Part shown: piece by piece, positions 25,370 through 39,250 of the stretch | Layout of the letters: the number at the start of each line of letters is the position of its first letter | How positions within the stretch are numbered: position 1 is the first letter of the stretch | NCBI RefSeq assembly: GCF_006345805.1 | Contig: NC_042997.1 | Span: 60,946,001-61,010,000, forward strand | Source: Octopus sinensis | Lineage: Eukaryota | Direction of reading: 5' to 3' | Length of the DNA: 64,000 bases | Position numbers and translations under genes: made by a program | The notes under the pieces: generated by a model | Seen by the model: the letters and a program-made list of their open reading frames with translations, nothing else | Database searches by the model: none | Told to the model about the DNA's origin: nothing

Positions 25370-27200
25370 CTAGGCACGATCCAAATGTCATTCAGCCATA
25401 GAACACAAGAAATGGAGCAAGCAGATGAATGTAGCTATTATGGAATATTATTTTCAAAGTAACCCAGTAAACCAAGATAGAATTCTAGTGAGAGAATACA
25501 AATAGAGAATGTAACAAAAGTATAAAAGGAAAGAACTTCTTTGATGTAATAGAACAATTTGTGATCAAGTTAGGACTATTGGAAAAATAAATGTTGTCTT
25601 CATTATAATTTGAAGAAGGTAGGGCATCCTTGGATATGGATGACAAAAGCAATGTAGATCAAGACAGAGAAGATAAGCAAGTAGAAAATAGTATGAAAGA
25701 GAAAACAGAATTACTATAGGAAGGAAATATATGATGAACAGTGACAATGAATTAAGGGAAGATAATCAAATGAGAGGGACTGAGATAGCTGGAAAAAAAA
25801 CGACTTTTGTGTCTTTCAAAAAATGTTGAAATGAGATTATGAAGATGAATTCAATCATCAACTATGCCCCAAATAATGTCAAAACAAACAGATTGTATAG
25901 AGTAGCAAACAGATATGAAGCTAATGAGATAGGTCTAAAGGATACAGGAAAAACACACACTTACAAGAAAAAGTGGTGTTGAAAAACATTAGGGATTACA
26001 GAGATGGGGTTGTGAGAAAAGACATTTATAATGTTTTAGAAAGAAAAAACAGCAATTGAAAATTATAGGGAATGATAGCAAATTAGATAGGGAGTGCTGC
26101 ATAAAAAAGAGGACCTTACAATAGCTATAGTATTAGAACAAAGGAGATAGCAAAGACACTAAGTTAAATGATATGACTAATGAATATATCAGAATAAACA
26201 AAACTGTACCAGAGGCATGGAGAAAGAATTCTTTTTTCCAGAAGTAAAAAAAGGAGGTTGAATGCTAAATCGTTAGAAGAATTAAAGCAAGAAAAAGTGC
26301 TTACACCCTCCAGATGATATATGCATTAAATTAATGTTGGTAAGTAAACTATGATGTAGAATCCCAAAATGGAAAGTACCAAGGCCTGTTCAAAGTTACT
26401 GGTTAAAGAAATTAAGCTTTTTGGATGGAAATATTGATATTCAGCTGGAGAGCCTCTTAAATAAAATGGAACCAATATTTCCACAAATGCCATATAGGGA
26501 AGCTATATCAAACTTTAAGGACCTGGTGAAAGGAAATGAAGTTGATAAGTTCTGACCAGAGGTTACTAAACAGAATGAATGCAGAAGGTATGTATTCTCT
26601 CTTTGAAGAAGAATTAATACCATCTGATGAATAAAAAGGTTATTTTAAAAATAACAGAGAGACAAAATATCAATTGTAAATTACAAAACAATGCTAAATG
26701 ATTGTAAGAAGAGACATACCAATTTAGCAATGGTAAAGATAGAATATATAAAAGCTTATACCATGGTAGATCTCTTAGATAGCAGAATGCATGAAACTAT
26801 TCAGCTAAGCAATAACTAATTTCATCAGAAGTAATATGCACACACAAAAGATTAACTTGACAAAGTCAGGAGAGGTGTCAGGTGAAGCTAAAATAAGAGG
26901 AAGGATTGTCCAAAAATGATAGCATGATACACTTATTGTTTGTACTGTGCATGATACCAATGACATTCATATTGCAAAATACAGGAGTATGAACAGGGAA
27001 GAAACATTTTGAAATTAATCCTATTTTATTTATAGACAAACATAAACTATTCAGAAAGTGTGAAAACTGGAGAGAAGACTGTTCATTTATTTCATAATGA
27101 CAATGTAATGAAAGAAGTGTGCATGTAATAAAAGATGGAAAGATGGTGTCAAAATTTGTGCAGTGTCTTTCTTTTGTCGATGATAACAATTTCTGGTCTT
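25370..27200 (+). mobile_element. Highly degraded non-LTR retrotransposon ORF2 remnant
   Basis: A-rich coding-like skew; EAISNFKDLVKGNEVDKF*PEVTK near 26495 resembles the pre-RT KAPG.D.IP.ELLK segment. Confidence 0.35.
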
Positions 27201-27564
27201 CTTTCCTCAATCACTTAATAACATTGAATGTTGAAACACTGCATTTAAATTCTTCATTTACTTCCACTACATTAGGTTGGTATTCATAACACCTATCAAC
27301 TCTGTCTAAATTGGATTTTCCTTATGGTTTCCAATAAATAATGAGCACAAATATTGTATTTCCTTTTGTATATTCACTACGTGGCTAATTCTTTCATCTT
27401 TTTTTTTATATAAAATAAGTACCAGTCAAGTATTGAGTTTGGTAAAAGCAACTAGCCACCTATTCCTATCAAGTATTTGGGGTAAGCATAATCACTTAAC
27501 CACATCCCTTAAAAGTTACTGACCCTGTGCCTAAATCAAAAACTACTACTGCTACTGCCACCAC

Positions 27565-27627
<63 letters not shown>

Positions 27628-27640
27628 AATTATCATTATA

Positions 27641-27870
27641 AGAAGATGGTGAGCTGGCAGAATCGTTAGCATGCTGGGCAGAATGCTTAGTGGCATTTCG
27701 TCCATGTCTATGTTCTGAGTTCAAATTTCACCAAAGTTGACTTTGCCTTTCATCCTTTCGGGGTCAATAAATCAAGTACCAGTGAAACACTGGAGTTGAT
27801 GTAATCGACTAGTCCCCTCCCCGCAAATTTCAGGCCTTATGCCTTTAGTGGAAAGGATTATTATTATTGA
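27641..27870 (+). mobile_element. SINE family B, best copy
   Basis: Head ggtgagctggcagaatcgttagc...gagttcaaatt, central gactttgcctttcatcctttcggggtc, (ATT)n tail. Confidence 0.8.
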
Positions 27871-27989
27871 TGTTGTTATTTTTGTAGTTGCTGTTGTTGT
27901 TGTCCTATTAAAGTTATACATTTTCAGCAGAACTTTTCTACAACTCTACAATAAAATAGATTTTATTATAAACCTTTCTTTTCTTTTGT

Positions 27990-28900
27990 TTATAGATAGT
28001 GTTTTACAGAGAATATCAGCATATGCTAAGAGTACTATCTTTTTACACTTCTCCCATGGAGGGTCTCCCAGGCAATTCATTCTTTTTTCTATACCATGCA
28101 TTAAAATTCCTAACACTGTGGGATCACTTTTATGCCCATATTCCACACATTTTTGCTATTTTGATTCCCCAGATTCTTTATATCTCCAAAATGTTCTAAC
28201 CTTATATTTATTTAAAATATGTTTGATATACACATTGGTTATTGAAGCAATCTAACTCATAGCTAATGTTTCCAAAATCCAAGAGTAGAGAACACACTTG
28301 AAAGCCTTCTGCTAATCAATCTCTACTAAGGTCAGACTTGTCTTCCTCCTTTTTATAATTTTCAGTAATAGCTTTATTGATCAGTAACTGATTTTGTTTT
28401 TCACCTGTTTAAGCTTTCTTATTCTCCTGGAAGTATGTTGTTTCCAGATAAGCAATCATCCTTTGCAATATGATTACTGTAAGGAAGAAAAACTATTTGG
28501 AGTTCGATATTTCTTTAGCGTTGGAGATAGTGTTTTTTTCCCTCCTTAGTGAGCCATTGAAGTACTGTTCCTGTCTTTTTTCAGAAAATTGTCGTTGTTT
28601 ATTCTGACAAACATTAATTGTATTTGAATAAATCTTTGGGTTGTTATTTCTCCCTCCATTTGTTCTAGTGTTGCACTTGTTGCATTGTAGAAATACATCT
28701 GCAACTCAAACTTTACCCAAAAATCTGTTTCTATTAATGCTACAGTGATTTTTCTATTTCGTTTTTATCTAGTCATTTGTAGTAAACATATCAGCAAGCT
28801 GAAGGAATCATAAAAGCATCTGAAAAATTCCTTGCAACATTTATTCTAGCTCTTTACATTCCAATTTCAAATTCTGTTGAAGTCAGCTTTACCTTTCTCT
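27990..28900 (-). mobile_element. Degraded R4/Dong-like non-LTR RT fragment
   Basis: Minus strand NQLLINKAITENY / RRKTSLTLVEID*QKAFKCVLYSWILETLA matches RT motifs 2-3 of that group, as recalled. Confidence 0.5.
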
Positions 28901-29002
28901 CTCCAGAACTGATAAAACCGAATACCAGTTTAGTATCAGGGTTGATGATATCAAACCATCCTCCCACCAAACTGTTGACCTTGTGCCTAAATTAGAAACA
29001 AA

Positions 29003-29052
<50 letters not shown>

Positions 29053-29364
29053 GTTTGACTTTTGCTTTATGTCTGTACAAGTTGGCTCCAAGTCTCACCC
29101 AGAGACCTCAAGAGACAACAGGTTGGAAGTTCACGTTGTTGTTATGCCTAGTGTGCCATATATTTGGGGTTTTTTTGGTGTTGTACTAGTGAATGTCTAA
29201 TACATAGAAAAAAAAAAAGCTTGTTTTAAACCTTGGGATTTTGCGTAGGATATGAGCAGTTCCCATGAGCACTATCTTTTGAATTTCTGCCATTTTGGGG
29301 TTTCCTGGTATCTGAGTTAGGTAGCAATCAGTCCCAGGGCACCTATGACAACAGGTATTGTTTC

Positions 29365-29432
29365 ATCATCATCCTCGTCATCATCATCATCATCACCATC
29401 ACCACCACCACCACCACCACCACCACCACCAC

Positions 29433-29471
<39 letters not shown>

Positions 29472-29478
29472 TATTATC
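29365..29478. repeat. (CAT)n/(CAC)n compound microsatellite
   Basis: Direct reading. Confidence 0.95.
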
Positions 29479-29480
29479 AT

Positions 29481-29790
29481 TATTGTATAAAGGATTGTGG
29501 TTAAGGCCGGAACAATGTAAAGTAAATGCAAGGCAAATCACAAGAAAATAAATATATGAATTAATGTAGACTTACCTTGCTTTTAATATTTCAGGGTTAC
29601 GAGCCCATTTTCATGCATGTCCACTCCACACACATTGGCAACATTCGTTAATTTCTTGAAAAATGGGATCATAATCCCGAAATATTGAATACAAGGTAAG
29701 TCTACATTAATTTATATATTTGTTTTCTTGTGATTTGACTTGCATTTACTTCACATTGTTCTGGCCTCACCCACAATCCTTTATACAATA
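29481..29790. mobile_element. 310-bp MITE-like inverted-repeat element (~130-bp arms)
   Basis: tattgtataaaggattgtgg... / ...ccacaatcctttatacaata; a diverged relative lies at ~10400-10750. Confidence 0.75.
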
Positions 29791-29842
29791 TATTCTACAC
29801 AATGATTCATAGTAACTATTCCATTATTATTATTATTATTAT

Positions 29843-30330
29843 TATTATATTCTGCTGAGGTCAACTTTGCCTTCTTCACTTTTTCAGGTTGATAAATTCA
29901 GTATGAGCAAAACACTGGGCCCAATGGAGTTGACTAGTCCCCGCCCACCAAATTTCAGGCCTTGTGTTTATAGTAGAAAAGATTACTATTATTATTAAAG
30001 TGGCAAGCTGGCAGAATCATGAGCATGCTGGACAAAATGCTTAGCAGCATTTCTTCTGTCTTTATGTTTTGAGGTCAAATTGCACAGAAGTCGATAAAAC
30101 AAGTACTAGTTGAGCACTGGGGTCGATGTAATTGACAAGCCTCTCCCACAAAATTTCAAGCCTTGTGCTTATAATAGAAAGAATTATTATTATTTTAATT
30201 ATTATTACTGTTATTGCAAGGATTGGAATCATTAGAATGTTGAACAAAATACCTTGCCGTATTTGTTCCGGTTCTTTACATTCAGGGTTCAAATTCATCT
30301 GAATTTAAATCTGCCTTTCTTCCTTCCAGT
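29843..30330 (+). mobile_element. Cluster of three SINE family B copies or fragments in tandem
   Basis: Repeated aaatttca.gccttgtg.ttata.tagaaa.gatta units separated by (ATT)n tails. Confidence 0.65.
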
Positions 30331-32834
30331 GTCTAAAAATATACTGTCTGTCAAAAACTCTCAAAATATTTAGCCGTGTACCTATGTTAAAATAATTATA
30401 ATTATTCTGGTATTTATGCATCAAATAATTCCCAGTTCTATGACACATTTAATATCTTTGCTGTTATGAATATTGCAACTGTTGTTGCTGTCTATATATA
30501 TGTATATGTGTTTGAGCACAGTGTTCATTTAATAGGTTAAAAATAGAACTTGCAGATCTCACAATATGTATTGCTATAACTGCAAGAAAATGTGAAATGC
30601 AAGTAGGAGCTGAACAAAGCAGAATAAGGATAACGAGCAGAAACAAAAACAAAAAAGTCCATCCAACTGAAGTAGCAGGGAACACATACAAACAAATTGA
30701 GAAATTTATATACATGAGAAAAATGGATTGCAGCAGTTTTAACAAAATTAGTCCTTTTGGGGGATATACAATGATTACAATAAAAACACAATTCCATGAG
30801 ATCCTCTGATGAATATGGTCATGTGTGGATAAATCTATAATAAAAAAATGTATTTATGACATTGATTTAATATCGATATCATATATAGAATAACATCAAA
30901 GAATGAATAGGAAGGTAGATGATGATGGAAAACATGGGGTACATTGAAGATGTACCCCATAAATAACAGGAGGAGGTTGTGTCTCTTGTGTGCACCTATG
31001 CAACTGTAGGCCTTCCAAGGCTATGGATTTTGATTTTATGTATGTATGTTTGTATGCTTGCATGCATAGATACACATATACATATGTACTTACACATATT
31101 CACACTCACTGTTTTACACAACATACATTCCTATATGTGAGTGTATTGCAATATCTATGAACATGTATACATGTGTATTCATTTGTTCATTTTATGTCCA
31201 CATTTTCACCCTGGCATGGGTTGGACAAAGGCTTATTGAGATGGTATTTTATGACCTAATGCTCTCCCTGTCACCAACTCCTACCAGTTTTTCAGGTAAG
31301 GAATATTTTGTCTAATCTCATTGGTTGTCACAAGTCAAAAGTGTAGAGCACAGGAGATATATTGTTTACAGAGTGTGTAAACATGACATCACTGTTTTGG
31401 TACAAAATGACATCAGGTGAAGACATGTGGAATGTAAATACATACACAAGTGCACCCATGCAGATATATAAATAAACATATATTTATATAATCATCATCA
31501 TTTAATGTCAGTTTCCCAAGCTAGTATGGATTGAATGGTTTAACCACAGCTGGTAAGGTCAGGGGCCATACTAGGCTCCATTATCTGTTCTGGTATGGTT
31601 TCTATGGCTGGATGCCCTTCCTAATGCAAACCACTCCACAGAGTGTACAAGGTGTTTTTTATGTGATACCAGCACTGGTCTCAATTCTGCTGTGGTGCAC
31701 AGTTCTTGAATACAGCAAGCCCATAGTCCTTTGTCATCTCCATCACATATATACATTTATATGCAATGCACACTCATATTGGGATTCCATAGTTTTAACA
31801 GAATTTCACTCACAAGACATCTCTCAACCTGAGGCTATAGCAGAAGACATTTGCAAAAGGTGCTATGCAGTGGGATAAAACTTAAAACCACATGGTTTCA
31901 AAATGAACTTGTATCCATATAGCCATGCCTGTATCTACATATGTGACAATATTCAGTATAAATGGTAAAATGCTATTTATTTGAAACATCTCAGCATCAA
32001 CATTGGATTAGTTCATGAAGGCAAAAAGAGACTCAATAATATAGTAGATTTAAATGTGTGTGTGTGTGTGTGTGTCTGTGTGTGTGTATGTATGCAGACA
32101 CCCCCACATATCCACATGTGTGTATGTTTGTGTGTGTGCAAGTATACATGTATATGTGTGTGAATGTGTGTGTGTGTGTGTGTATGTGTATAAAAGATGA
32201 TATTTATAATTTCTTACACACATATACCTGTGTGTGGCTGAGCAGAGTTAAAAATTGAAGTGTCTAGCTATTTGTCTAATTTAAAGTTTTCCAAAACTCT
32301 TCATTGCTTCTATTGTATTATAGGAAATTAGAGATTTGACTCCACAGGCCATCTTCTTTCCAATGTTTGCAATGTTGTTCACTTGCTTTCAAGGATTTGT
32401 TGCTATTTGATATAATCACTTCAGAAAAGATTATATTAAATATTTCAGTAAACAACTGTAACTCAGCAAATTAAATTGATAATTTTTATACTAGACACAA
32501 CAGTACGCTTGGGTTGAAATTTAAAGAGAAATAGCAATGCCAGTACCTCACAACAAATTTCAAAGCTCGAGTCAATGAATGAGCCACTGCATAATCACTT
32601 CATATACTAGAAATAGCAACCAGATTCCCCTTAAATTACACTCTGCTGTTTTAAATAAGGAAATAGCTTACTACATGATGTACTCCTATACATTCACACA
32701 CATGCAAGAATCTGAAATACCTTTGATTATGGGTCTGCACATTCAAAGATAATATAGGGTTAAAGAACAACCAAACTCTCCTAACTATTGAAATTTTTAA
32801 TATACCCCAACTATGAATTATTCCTCAACCCAAT

Positions 32835-32900
32835 ATACATACATACATACATACATACATACATACATACATACATACATACATACATACATGCATACAT
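32835..32900. repeat. (CATA)n microsatellite
   Basis: Direct reading. Confidence 0.95.
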
Positions 32901-33021
32901 ATTTCTATAGCCATCTAAAAATCCATAAATATGCACTGTTATATTTGTCAATAAAGTGGGTAAATTAATTGAAGTGAACAGTATTATATTAGTTGTAGTG
33001 AATATATAATATATACTCTGA

Positions 33022-33090
<69 letters not shown>

Positions 33091-33125
33091 TCACCATCAT
33101 TTAATGTTCATCTTCCATGTAAGTG

Positions 33126-33174
<49 letters not shown>

Positions 33175-33810
33175 ACTCCCTATCTCATACTCCTCATTTT
33201 ATATCACTTATTATTGTAGCTAATGGTCTGTACAAAGTGTTGGTGATAAGAAGGATAACTAACTGTATGGAATGTTCAAGTGAAGTGAGGTCTCTAACAA
33301 TTCTAAGAGAACAGTAATTCCAAATAAAAACTGATTTAGATTATGGTAACCCATTCACCTATGCTAGCCAGCTATTTCTTATAGTCATCCACATTATGCC
33401 TTCTTGCTTTGTTTTGTAACGTTATTTTTTTCCCCTCAAAACAAATTTCTTTTAGCACCAATTTATTTAATTTATTCTATCACCTCTATTACCTCTTATC
33501 ACCTTTCATCATTCCCAATTTATCACCATTTGATTTATATTATCTATTTATTTATCATGCATCCAACTTAATAGCTTTAATGTAACTTAGATTATTTGTT
33601 AATCTTTTTTAATGTAACACATCTGATTCATCTTGCTTTTTATCACAAACTTACATTTAAATGGGGATTCATAAAAACAAACATGCATTCCTACATATCT
33701 TAGCATAATAGGTACATGTGTGCATGCAGCCTTGTAAATGTGTGAATATAAATATGTGACAAGTGTGGACATGAATACATACATGTGTGATCAAGCAAAC
33801 AAACTCATGC

Positions 33811-33841
<31 letters not shown>

Positions 33842-34724
33842 TGTATGTACGTATGTATGTATGTATGTATGTGCGTATGTATGTATGTGTGTGTGTGGGT
33901 ATATGTATATCTCTATGTGTACGTATGTGTGTGTGTGTGTGGCAAGTCTGTTTAAAGAGAGATGTATTCCTACATAAGCGTCCAGATTTATGCACATCAA
34001 CACGAGCAGGCATATAATGTGCTGATGTTTATTGCATGTGCACATATGCATGTAGAAGCATGAATGCACACCTGTGTATATACTCATACACCTATACATA
34101 TATTCATGAGATGAGACATGAAAATGCAGCAAAATAGTTATCCCCTTGAACATGGTTGAAGGCTCAAATCTTCCAAAAATCAAATTTTTTCACTCCCAGT
34201 ACTTTGATCTTCTTCTTATAATCTATAATGTTTTGACTGACTTTATCTTCTAACTACAAAATCATACAACTATTTACCCAGTAAACATTGCTCAAGGGGC
34301 CTTTCCCTGATATTCTCCATATTAATATAAATTCGTCTTATTTTATCACATTTTACACATTGCATAGCTTCAATTAACTTCATTTCCTCTTTGTGTTTTC
34401 CATCCCACAAATATAATATTGATGGGATTTTATTGTATTATCACAAGACTTCTTCCCAGCAGACTATTTAGCTTGGAGACTCAGTTCATGGAATATTTCC
34501 TGCATTTTATATGCTTCTGTGTATTCTCATTATAATGGAAGAACACTTACACATCTGCAATCCCCTACTGTCATATTTACTATGTTCACCTAGGTATACA
34601 AACACATGGAAAATAATTATAACTCTCAGCATTCAGTTAAAAATAACTGTCAAATTCAAATATACTTCTGAAAACTCTTCTGAAAATTTTTTCAACATAT
34701 TTTCATTATTGCACTTTTCCTATC

Positions 34725-35118
34725 TCTTTTACTTTTTTAGTTGTTTCAGTCATTTGACTGCGGCCATGCTGGAGCACTGCCTTTAGTTGAGCAAATCGAC
34801 CCCAGGACTAATTCTTTGTAAGCCTAGTACTTATTCTATTGGTCTCTTTTGCCGAACCACTAAGTTACGGGGATATAAACACACCAGCATTGGTTGTCAA
34901 GCAATGTTGGGGGGTGGGGGGATAAACACAGACACACAGACATATACAGACATATACATATATACAATGGGCTTCTTTCAGTTTCCATCTACCAAATCAA
35001 CTCACAAGTCTTTGGTCGGCCCAAGGCTATAGTAGAAGACACTTGCCCAAGGTACTACGCAATGGGAATGAACCCAGAACCATGTGGTTGGTAAACAAGC
35101 TACTTACCACACAGCCAC
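34725..35118 (-). mobile_element. SINE family A
   Basis: Reverse complement of 15728-16144. Confidence 0.8.
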
Positions 35119-36375
35119 TGAAGACATTTTTTGTGTTTTTTTTTTCTTTGTGAAGTATATGTACTAACTATTCTGAATTCAATCTCTACTACCATCTGAA
35201 GATTGGAAATGTTAAAATCAGAGTAACAGCTTACAAAAAACAATAAAATTTTACTTCTTGTATTGACTACACTCTTCTCTCTTTCTTGTTCAAATAATTC
35301 TTTGAGTGATATATATATATATCAAAGTATCATTAGAGACAGAAATCCCCATAAATTCATAAAATCATAATATAAATTCAATCATGTCATAGAATGTTAT
35401 ATTTAATACATACTATTCATGTCCAAAGTTGTTGACAACACATGTTTCATGAAGTCGTATACTATGTTCTTGAGACACCCAGTCTCTTACAAAACCTCCC
35501 CTTATATACAACCCCAATCTTCAGATCCACCTATCCCCCATTTATAATTTTACCTATCATTATATATTTCAACTTACAGGTATATCAACCTATACAGATG
35601 TATAAATATATTTCTGGTATGTCAAAACATATAGATGTGTAAATAAATTCATCAAACCCTGCAGTTAAAGCCATAATTAATTTAAGAATTAAATGTGAAT
35701 TATACCTAAAAAAATATATATAAATGAAAAACATATACGGATGAGAAAATATATACGAATGCGGAAAAAATATATACTAATGAGAAGAAAATATAAAATT
35801 ATGAGAATGAAAAAGTTGAAAAGATATATATATCCAAATGAAGGTGATGAATAAGAAATGAATGGAAACTAATACGAATAACAAAATTCATGTGAATGTT
35901 ACGCGAAAAATACGAATGATGATATGAAAAGATATGAAAAAATATATGGAAAAATATAAAGAGAAAAATATTTAAAAATGAAAAAATGAAAAAAATATAT
36001 ATGAAGGAATTAATTTATAACTTAATATAATTAGAATTGATATAACAAAAATAATTTAAAATGTAAAAGATATGTGTTCCATCTACCCCTGGATATCATG
36101 GCACTAAATTGAGCTAGTTCCAATTTACACTGCAAGGTTCTGTGAAAGTATTTATACTGATACATACTTTCTGTTTCATTTAAACTATTACGTTATTAGC
36201 ATAATGCTGATAGTGGGACAGGAAATAAAAGCATTATGGGAACAATCCATCCATTTTTTCATTTTTATTCACACACCCCATCCCATGAATGCGCAACTAT
36301 CACTCCCCACACTCAAGTAGTAAGTTAAATTTAAATAATAGTATCTAATAGTAATTTCTAACAATTAATTTGCTT

Positions 36376-36588
36376 GAGGGTTAGACTTTATTGATTGACC
36401 ACTTCAGTTTGTGTTTACATTTAATTTTTCTTTCAACCTATGCATTAAGTAGTTTTGTTTTAGCCCATAATATCTCCATGAATTCATGGGCACACAACAT
36501 ACATAGTCTATTCCCAATTCTATACGAAAGAAAAATTAAATATAAACACAAACTGAAGTGGTTAGATGACCAATGAACTAAACCCCTC
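36376..36588. repeat. Inverted repeat with ~60-bp arms, next to (TA)n
   Basis: accacttcagtttgtgtttacatttaatttttctttc / gaaagaaaaattaaatataaacacaaactgaagtggt. Confidence 0.85.
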
Positions 36589-36593
36589 ATATT

Positions 36594-36632
<39 letters not shown>

Positions 36633-37661
36633 CAGAGAAAGAATGATAACATTGTAGAGAAATAATATGAGAAGGCCAAAGTGAGGTTAAATCTTATTTT
36701 AGCATCCACAAAGATGAATTTGAAGCTGAAGGAAAAAAAACGGAAGGAAAAAAAGCTGTGAAGTCATGGCAGTAAAATTGAAAAAAAAATAATGCAGAAT
36801 TTAATGTGTTATTTCTAAAAATCAAAAGCAAAAAATGAACACTGAAAGAATAAAACTTTATTTTTTTGTAACAGTAAAGGTATATATATTTAAAAAAAAT
36901 ATAGTATGACCGTCATTTATAGCACAAATAAGATTCACAAATAGAACTTATTTCTTCACATATGTTCATACAGATATGATGTTAGCTAAGTATCACTCAT
37001 CTACAAGTTACAAAATATCTTTTCCTGTAGTATTTGCCATTGGACACACATTTAGATTACTTCATCTGCTATATCTAAACGCACAATTAGCACTGGTGGC
37101 TGTGGATACAACACACAGAGCATCACTGAAATAATATGGAGCTTAACATTTCTTCATCATTTTGCTTTCATTTCATCCTATTTTTAAAATTTTATTTCTT
37201 TTGAATTTAATTTTCACTTTTTGTTTGCATGCTAAATTACAATTTTGCTCAAAAGTGCAAGAAATCAATGGTGGAAGAGAGAAAAGGACAGGTTGTTGCA
37301 ATGCCGTTTAATAACAATGTGTGCGTACATGTGGTATGAATGTGTTTCAGAGTAAAATATAGTAATTTAATTGGTTGAAAAGATTAAGAGAAACCCCATT
37401 TTAGCTGAAGACACTTTTTCGTTTTACCTCTCTGCATCATATCCTCAGCAGTTTCCATATTGCTAACTTTACTGCAAGGATAATACTGTCAGAAATGTCG
37501 AAATTTCAGTGACATCCAGTTGACAGCTGACAAGGGAATGATGTATACATGCTTTTCTTTTCCAACAAACTTCTGTTCTGATTGCATGCAACCATTTTAC
37601 TGCAGTATTTACTGTAATGCAACACAGCATTTTTCACTCTGTATTTGCACTCTGCAATGGA

Positions 37662-37698
<37 letters not shown>

Positions 37699-37719
37699 TA
37701 TTTGAATACTTAAGACAAC

Positions 37720-39250
37720 AACAAATTATACACAAGAATTACAAGCATTATGTTCAGTTGGTGAGAACCTCAACAAATCTACCTCAACTGACATCTGCAA
37801 CCATCAAAGAATACCTACCAAATATGACTAGCTTCCTTACAAGAAACAGATTTCCACATTCTTCCATTTGATCAAAACTCACAATTCTGGATCTAAATAT
37901 ATCAGACTTTGTGTCTGGCTTTTACAGACCCTCAAACAAAATTTCCTCACTCCTCTCTTGGATCCTAACATCTATGCTCCTAACCTCTCTTGGATATCTC
38001 AGCAACCCAGATAAGGTCATCCATAAGGTCAACTCAAACCCAATACATTAAAAAATGCCTTCAGTTTTGACATCATCTCTCTGCACCTCAGCACCACTCT
38101 CTCAGGCATTAATCTACTGACTGATTTTCTAACCTTTACTCTTTCAGCCAACCCATCACTAACATCCATCAACTCCTTTCCATCATCACAAACAATACAT
38201 ACGAGTATTTCAGTTCTCTCAATAATACCACCTAAAACAGATATTAGACTTACTAATGGTGTCTTGCTTGTCAAGTCTGCTGGCCACCAATTATATGGGC
38301 CAAGAGAAGTGTTGAGCACTCAACACCTACCCTTCCTAACTTCTTCACCAGGCATTCATTATCATCTCTTCCTAAGAGAAAGAAGCTGACACAATATTCA
38401 AAACACTCATGAATATATAAGACTGCATAAAACACCCTACTGACACTGCATCCCACCTCCATTCAATCTGAAATGAAGAGAGGTGACATCAACACCAGCT
38501 TCTACCAGAAGGTCACCTGCAAAGATCTGTTTGTCCATTATGGATCAGTCTTCCCAATCAATACTAAATCCTAAAACATTCAGAAAAGGTACACTTGTAT
38601 TTATGACAAATGCAGTGAGGCAGAAGATTGGGCCACTGACACTAAATAGTTGCAAAAGGTGCTTGCAGTCAAAAAGATAGCCAACATTTATTATCAGCTG
38701 CTATCAGGACTCTAAAAAAAATGGAAAAACTCTTTCAGTGTCTGTTTCTTCAAGTTACCACACTTTAGTAAAAGTACAACTACTATCCATAAGGTGATAT
38801 AACTGGTAAACTCAGAATCTTCCCAACAGAAACATCTATACTGAAGAAATGAATCCTCAACAACTGAAATGTATGAGCAGTGGCCAATGGTTACATCTAC
38901 ATGGACAAGCCACTGTAAACTTACAATGAGTATCAAATCCAGTGCTCCAAATGTGATGAGTGTTACATGAATAACATTATTTAATTCCTATAGATCCAAA
39001 TCAAGAAAAATATTTTCACATGCACATCATCATTTAAAAAATCCCTTGGAAAATCCAAGAACATGAACAAGGACTTTATGATTACCATCAAAACCACAAA
39101 TTGTAATATTGGTCACTTGCAAACCAAAGAAGCTATCCAAACCAAAGAGGTTAACTATTAATAATCAACATGAACTGATTAATTGACCAATGATTATTAC
39201 AGCCAGTCATTGTGCATCACAATACTTGACTCAATTTTCATTGTACATAT
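37720..39250 (+). mobile_element. Old Penelope-like element remnant (RT thumb plus GIY-YIG)
   Basis: QKVTCKDLFVHYGSVFP near 38505 resembles RKPT.TD.YLH..S.HP; YQIQCSKCDECYM near 38930 resembles the GIY-YIG VY.I.C..C...YIG motif. Confidence 0.55.

Noticed and set aside
29317-29551. Poly-D/G, poly-S/P and poly-M/V ORFs (also 24765-24974, 27496-27724, 43296-43622)
   Set aside because: Trinucleotide microsatellites with no splice or domain support.
30464-30809. Overlapping ORFs with transmembrane-like hydrophobicity
   Set aside because: Hydrophobicity follows from T-rich composition; splice sites are weak and no motif is recognisable.
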